Below are positions 56,191 through 64,000 of a stretch of DNA of 64,000 nucleotides, one piece after another. Below the pieces are notes generated by a model that worked only from the letters and a program-made list of their open reading frames with translations, did no database searches and was not told where the DNA came from. The number at the start of each line of letters is the position of its first letter. The stretch's first letter is position 1. Both the position numbers and the translations under genes were made by a program. The stretch is from NCBI RefSeq assembly GCF_009914755.1, contig NC_060925.1. One strand, 5' to 3'. This DNA is from the human T2T-CHM13v2.0 reference genome, Homo sapiens.

Positions 56191-59100
56191 AGCTTGAATG
56201 CACATGGTTAATTTTCAACTTAAGCCACGTTATTGAGCATGGCAGTATACAAGGAGCACAGCAGTGTTGTATACAATGCGGTATATAATATCTAACATGG
56301 CTAGTATCATAAATTTCTTCCTTGAGCACAGGCAGTTGTTTCAGAGACCTTTTACTTGACTGATGTTAATGAAAGAGCTCATTATGGACTTGGGTGCCCC
56401 TGCATTGTCAGGATCCTTTGCAGTGTGAGGACTGTTAAGTGGTATTGACACCTCTGAGGTTATCTTCATTTGTGTACAGAAGATGCATATTGGTGCATCT
56501 TTCATCAAGCAGAGTTTTTTTTGTTTTGCTTTTTTACTTTGATAATATTTAATGCAAATTATTTGATGCTAACTCTGCCTCAACTGTGATTACTACTCAA
56601 CTTAGTTCATAACCCATAGAGGCACATGCCCACACACAGGTGGCCTGTTACATTTGCTTTTGCTGGTTGGTTATGAAGTTGTACTATATTTTACCTTTTT
56701 GGGGACTTATGTTTTATGTTGGCCATGATGAGAGCATTTTTTGCATAATTCTGAAAAGGCATGAAACTGCTGAAATAAAAATGAAAAGAGAAACAGTACA
56801 TCCACTTTTAAGCATGGATATTTGCATTCCTTGTGGGGTGAGGTTAAGATCACGTGTGCTGATTAGGTCAAGAGAATGGAAGAAAATGGGTGTGATAGTT
56901 ATGAGTATTTACATACAGATCACACTATTCTTTTACCATTTTGTCATTGGAGAGCCATGAATAAACCCACCTGTTGTCACTTCAGCTCATTTATTGGTAA
57001 TAATGCAGTCTTAGCTTTTTGTTCAAAGACGTTGTAACATTTTATTCAGGATGTTGAGTGTAAAGTATATGTAATCTTTAAGAAACTCATTCTGAAATTA
57101 TATCTAAGACAGTTGAGATTATTCCTATTACATGTAAGAGTTAAGTGAAAAAATACCTTCTTTAGAATGGAGAGAATCTAGTTACAGAATTTTCTCCTCT
57201 TAACTTAGAGGTGCAGTTTATAGACCTCCCTCCCTCCCCAAACTTCTGTGAGTTTGTTTTGTTTTATTTGTTTGTTTGTTTTTTGGTCTTGTATTGAAGA
57301 AGCAGAGAAACTCAGTTGAGGACAAGAAAACAACTAAGAAAATTCCTGAGATTATTTGAAAGCAGCTATAGAGTAGATTCTGTATTGCCAAAAAGTGTGT
57401 AGGGGTGGGGTGGGGGAGCTCTGTGATAATTAAGGACAGGTCGGCAGAAAGGCTTCTGGGGTCAAGCTGAGCATAATGTTTGGAGGAATGTCTGAAAGAG
57501 GTTGGGGCTCCAAGGTCAAGACGTAGAAAAAGCTTTAAGAAATCTGAGGTTAAGATCAGGGGTTAATTAAACTGATTAAGACATTTGTGAGAAAAAAAAT
57601 TTAATTGTGTTTATCATTGTTTACATAAAATATTTTCTCTCTGAATCATCTGCTGTTCAGTTCACCTGTTTTAATAGCTGTGGTTTTGTAGGTAGAGGAT
57701 ATAGGAAATTATTAAAATTTCAAAGCATGCGCCTTGCAGTTCAGAATACCTGCTACCCATAATGGCAGTTTAGTCTATTTGAAGGAAAAAGCCAAAAGGA
57801 AGCCTAAGATGACAAAGTCAAGATAAGCATTTCAATACTATACATGAAAATATATATGTGCATATGTATGTATATATAATTTATTTTTGAATCAAAATGG
57901 CACCTTTCACTCTTGCCTGGATACGGTGCATGGATCATGGATAATACATTTTCTGCCAGAGTCACTCTGTTAAGGGCACTCTCCAGTTCACTTTGGGAAG
58001 TTTATGTAAATACTGATTTTAATTTGTACTGGGTGACACTTTGCATTCACAGGTTTAAAGGCTATAGAGTCATTAACTTGTAATTAACAAATTTTGCAGT
58101 CCTAACGCTTTTCATTCCAGATCTCAGAGTGTTTTGGGGACAGAAAAAAAAAAAAGCACAGAACTTTTGTGCAGGTCAGGGATCCACTCAGGAAACAAGG
58201 AGAGAAATGAGTTTTTGAGACCGTTCATTCATTCAACACATATTTATTGCCTGCTTTTTTATTCAAGGCACTTATTTTTTCCAGGATTGAAATATATTCT
58301 GGCAGTTTCTCCCTGCTTCTGACATTCATAATTCTCCATTTGGTAATGAACTTTCATTACTTCATTACCTTGGTTAAAACAATAAACTTTTTTGACAGAG
58401 GAGATCAAAAGTTGGCAATGGAAACTTAGGACATTATTTGATGTTCAAGGTGGTTGAGCTTTATAGGTGCAGAGGCTTAGAATTGGAATGCTGGGGGTCA
58501 GGAGAAAGGTCACATAGAAAGACAAGTGCCAGGTTGGATGCAGGTAGCTGTGGCACTAAGAGCAATATCTCTTCTGATGGAAAGCTTTACTTTAACTAAT
58601 TAAACATGAAATAAAAGTGAAAAATTGTACTGAACAAGAAGACAGAGGAAATGCTACAGACTCATCCCCTGAGCCTGATTTTACCCAGAGTAACTTAGGG
58701 CAGGAAAGGAGAGAAGTTAGAGAGGACAAGTAGTGCCTGTCTTTGTTCCCAGGAGAATTGATCAGAATCTTCCCTGTTGATTTTGGCTAAGACTGATGTT
58801 GTTTCCAGGATGAGACCCCATGTCCTGAGGGTCACTGCCTTATCAGAGATGGGCTGGGGGCTCTTGGGTCAGTGAGCAACTCAGCCAGTAAAAGCAGGGC
58901 CCCCGGGAAGTCTTAAACAAAGAAAGAAGTGAGCATTGAAAAAGAAGCATCTCAGTAAAAATAAGGTTCTAATGAGCTTTCTTCTTGGCAACCATTCTCT
59001 TCCCAGTGACATGTCTGAGTCTCAGAAGTCCTGCAGGTGATATTTGCCACTTTTCACCACCCCACATACTTCTCCTTGAAGTCAAACCATTTAATTTGGG

Positions 59101-59634
59101 GCCTGCTGTGTGTCAGCACAAACTTTAGCCATGTCTGAGCAGAGTCCTCCTAGGGTAGGGTTATGAGGTCACTCTCCTTATTACTTATTCACGAGTTTTG
59201 GGTAGCTCTCACCTTTCCTGAAGGCCTGGACCATCGTCATGGCACAAACCATGGCTAGTTGTGGGGCAGTGTGCCTTCTGTCTGCACTGCCTCTTCCCTC
59301 ACTCCCTTCAGTGTTCCCACTCCCTAGACCAGGACACCCTCCACCACAGAAGATGCTCCAGCCCCACTGTATCTCTAAGAGCATCACTCACCTTCCTGAG
59401 CCTCAGTTTCCTGCCTGTAAGATGGGTACAATAGTATCCACAGTGCACAGTGCCTCTTCTTCAGGTAGGTTGTGTAAAGGACGATAAAGTGAGTGTTTGT
59501 GGGAGTGTTTTTTGAATATTATGAATTAAGTTATGCTTTCCCTCTTCCAAGGAGGATAAAAGTGCCTGCAGGTGCCTCATAAACAATCAGTGTTGTCCCA
59601 CGATCCATTTCCTTAAAGTTTTTCTCTGTCACAG

Positions 59635-59649
59635 ATGCAACTAACCCAG
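59635..59649 (+). CDS. Candidate 15-nt microexon (ATGCAACTAACCCAG; phase 1 'xATNP', e.g. DATNP, or phase 0 MQLTQ)
   Basis: Acceptor 'gtttttctctgtcacag' and donor 'CAG|gtaagg'; length is a multiple of 3; stop-free in two of three frames; lies in unique sequence. Confidence 0.4.
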
Positions 59650-59959
59650 GTAAGGCTGTCAGTTTGCTAACCTCTGCTGTTTTGTTCACTTAAATGGGTG
59701 GGAAGTTTTGGGATCAAGTCTCAGAGAGGCTTGTGAAGTCCTCCCATGTTCTCTGCCTTCACCACTGGCACAGTCCGTAGATTACTGATGGTGTCATTAG
59801 GATAGAATAGGCCCTATAGTCACCTCTACTTTAGCTGCAGAATACTAATAGCTCAAATTATTTATTTTTCATACAATGAAATTATTTTAACAAATTAATT
59901 TTATGTTAAGAAGCAAGGAATGTTATAGAGAAACGAAAGCAAGATAAAAATATTTTGCT

Positions 59960-60625
<666 letters not shown>

Positions 60626-61699
60626 TTTACTAACTTTTAATCCTTAGTTTTTCTGAATATTTACTTTCACCTGTATGTAGGCCAATACAACTCACTTTCC
60701 CTCCTTAGGCTGTATTTCTTCCTAAGCTCTGCTGCTAGTTAGAGAACAAGTGGTAAATACCCCCATTAGCACTTTGTGTCTTTGTAAGCTAGCTTTGCCT
60801 TCAGGGAGCTCTGAAATTCTTCCCTCTTTAATAGCTCTTTGATGACAGGCCTTGGACTCTGTTCTTAACTCTTCTTTCTCAGTATACTAGTGACTTTTTT
60901 TTTTTTTAAATCCCCAGAGGGCCAGTTTGTCTAAGGGGGACAGGGAAGAATATACAGGCCATCATACTACCTGAAATGAAATGCACCATTCATTCTCCTT
61001 TGAGTTGTGAGTTTTAAGAAAGAAAAGGATCCTGGATAATGATTAATACATGGTTATAGAAAATGTGTTTAAAATATTTAGGCTAAAAAAATTATCACCC
61101 TTAATTCCAACATTACAGAGTTATCTCTATTAACATTCATAGAGTAGATTCTTCCAGTCTTTCCCCCGCTGTGCATTGATGTTGTTTAATCTATTTCTAT
61201 ATACAAAAACATAAATTTTTCACACATATGAGCATTTTTAGTATTTAAGAGGGCCATATTAACATTTCCTGGTGGACTTGTTGTGAATAAAGTACAGTAA
61301 GCACATTCAGAATTATTTCTTCTGTTCCAAACACATAGGAACAATTTTAAAAATATAACAATTAAAAAACAAGGGGGAAATCTTAGAAACCAAGAATGGG
61401 GATTGATGGCCCAGACTTTAAGATCTCCTTTCAGTGCACTTAGCACATGACAGGAGATCAGAACCATCCTCCTGTGTGGACTGGGGTTGGGACCATGCTC
61501 CTTGCAAGTTGACTGGAGCCTAATCACTCATGGTTGAACTTTGTGGCAGGTAGCTCTCCCATGGCCCAGGAAGGAAGCAGAGATAGGTGTGAGAATAGGA
61601 CCTACAACTGTGCAGCACACACATATCTTATGTTTTGTTGTCCGTTCTAGAGAAAATCCTAAAAGCTTACTTTGGAACCTTGTTCAGAGTTGTATATCC

Positions 61700-63020
61700 T
61701 ATTGGTCAAGGCTCAATCATTATTTCAGCTGCTAGTGAGGGGCAAATAAGGAGAAAAAACCCTCCTATGCAAGATGAGTTTGCAAACAAATTTCTGCACT
61801 CATGGAAAACCACCACTATGAGAGACAGGTGGAAGACCTGTCAAACAAGATAATTTAAACCCTAAAAAAGAGAAACCAGGGAGCAGTCTGAAAAGTTTGA
61901 AAAGTGTGTATATTTAGAGTATCGGAGAAAGACAGGAGCGTTTCTCAAATGAAAATAGAAGGTTGTTAAATAATAGGCCAATATGAAAAGATCCAATTGG
62001 AAATATCTGAAATGAAAAATATAGGACTGAGGCAGGGAGCAAGTAATGAAGTCAACAGTCGAAGAGATCAACATAGCTGAAGAGATCATGAATTGAAGAG
62101 CAGAAGTGAGGAAGCACGGAGAGATAAAGGGCTGGAAAGTTTGAAGGAGAAAAGGCTTAGAGGTTAGATTGAGAAGCTCTGATATACCATCATAATTTTT
62201 TTCTTGAGTTTCTTCTGATTTTGTCAGACTAGTTTGTATTATACTAATCCTTCCACTGTGAATACCAGAAAAGCGTATATATGTTTACTGTGAGTGTAAA
62301 TAGAAATAATATAACTCTCCTTGGAGAATACCGTGGCATTGATGCCTAGAAAGGCCAGAATGGTGGAGATGAAGGAAATGAAGAGAAATGTGCCATCAGA
62401 TGCCACTTTTCCCTCCAGGTATTTGCCAGTTTGTAAGTGGCAGCAAAGAAGCTAAATTAGGTGCCAGAGCTTTCAACAGTCTCTCAGAACTGAGGAGACA
62501 GAATAGGAGTTCAAGACTCGCCAAGGAGGAGGGGCCTGGTGAACCCCCTAGGCTTTCAGTTTGGACCCCCAGAAGGTTTCTCTCAGGAGTAAGGGCAAGC
62601 TGGCAATAGACCAGCACCCAGCAAGGCTGACACTTACCTTCTAACTCGCTCAAATGGATCAAGGTTCCTTTTCTCTACCCCGGCTGCCTGCCAAAAGCAA
62701 ACAAGTACTCTCTGGAGGAAGATAACATCGTTCAGACCCTCAAATTAACGCTATCATTTTTCAAATACAATGTCTGGCAGTCAATAAAACATTACCAAAT
62801 GCTTAAGATGGTAAAACCAAATGATGGTAAAACAAGAGAAAAAAAATACACAGGAGAATTAGAATTGCACAGGACCTTCTTAACTTGCAGTCATATTGGA
62901 CATAGACTTTTAAATAACTGTAATTAATACATTGAAATAAATAGATAATAAGATGGAGAAATTTGCCAGAGAACTAGAGTCTCTTAAAATAAACTAAATG
63001 GAAATTCTGGAACTAAAATT
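61700..63020 (+). mobile_element. Ancient L1M 5'/ORF1 remnants
   Basis: A/G-rich ORF1-like stretches: 'aatggaaattctggaactaaaa', 'gccagagaactagagtct', 'catagctgaagagatcatgaattgaaga'. Confidence 0.55.
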
Positions 63021-64000
63021 TTCCTGGGAGCAGGTAATATCTTAATCCTGTGTTCAATGTGGAAGTTGGGATGAAGTTGGAGTCTGGGGCCATGATCCTA
63101 ACAGGTGAAATAGAGCTGACTGGCTCTTTAGGACTGTTCTAGTAATGTGCTGCTTGGCTGTGGCTCGGGAAGGAGGCAGAGGCAAGCATGAGAATAGGAA
63201 CCAGGCCTGTGCAGCATGCAGATATAATATCTAGGATTGCTCCTGAGAACACAACTCTTGGTTAGTAAGATACTGGTTAGATGTCTGTAGGGGAGAGAGG
63301 AAACCCTGGAGTAAGAAAAAGCCCTGAGGAGGACAGAATGTTGCAAAAACTTCTTTTTGTTTTCTTTACATGTTTTCCTATGGCCAATTAGGGTACCCAG
63401 AATGGTATGTCTGCCTCTTTTATTTTTAATTATTTGCTTATTTTATATTTTTAAATATTACATTATAGTGAATTGTATCATCCTTTATTTTTATTTGCTG
63501 GGTTGTTAGGTGCTTGAAGCCTGAGTTTCTGTTTCACCTGTTCCTGTTAATTTTCTCTGTGTTACTTTTTCTTTTTCAAATTCTCAACCACCCTCTGTCC
63601 CACACCCAGCATATTGCCCTCACGTGATAGGAGCTAAGTACATAAATGTTTGTTGAATGAATGGTAGAAGACATAGCCCTTGATTGACTTATGAGTTTCA
63701 GTTCTTAATGTGCTCCCTGAATGATAATCCCAGGGTGGTAGTAATACAATGAAAAACATACATTTCTGTTTTTAGGGAACTGAAAATAGAGGAGGAGGGG
63801 AGCTAGAACCTGAGAAGAACAGTGGGAAATGCAAGACGTGTCTCAACTGCTCAAAGCCTTGTGACACTTCTTCAGCAACTTTTTTCATTACTAATGGTAT
63901 CCAATACAGAAATCATACCTGTAATTTGAATGGAAAATCTAGTATGAAGAATTATTAACTAGTAAATGAAAATCAACTGCTAAGATGGGTAAAAAGAACT

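Overview
This is primate (most likely human) genomic DNA, identified by Alu J/S/Y elements, L1PA elements, MADE1 and Tigger1. It reads as the interior of one very large intron, probably of a + strand gene: unique sequence looks T-rich on +, most L1s are antisense, and the best splice-site pairs are on +. I could not identify the host gene and found no conventional protein-coding exon, RNA gene or CpG island. A large fraction of the window is interspersed repeat: 10 Alus, young and old L1 fragments, many MIR/L2 relics, MaLR solo LTRs, a near-full-length Tigger1, MER5A, MER20, MER58A and a MADE1. The ORF track is repeat-derived or spurious. I did not find a convincing new biological system. The best leads are: (1) a frame-preserving 15-nt microexon candidate with strong splice sites (59635-59649); (2) a TSD-flanked retrocopy of an mRNA 3' end carrying a sense AATAAA (41611-41888); (3) a miR-548-type MADE1 hairpin nested in an Alu (7081-7159); (4) four direct/inverted templated-insertion scars (7284, 22851, 35266, 60367); (5) several recursive-splice-like YAG|GT junctions. 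Repeat subfamily calls come from remembered consensus diagnostics, and boundaries of old repeats are approximate.
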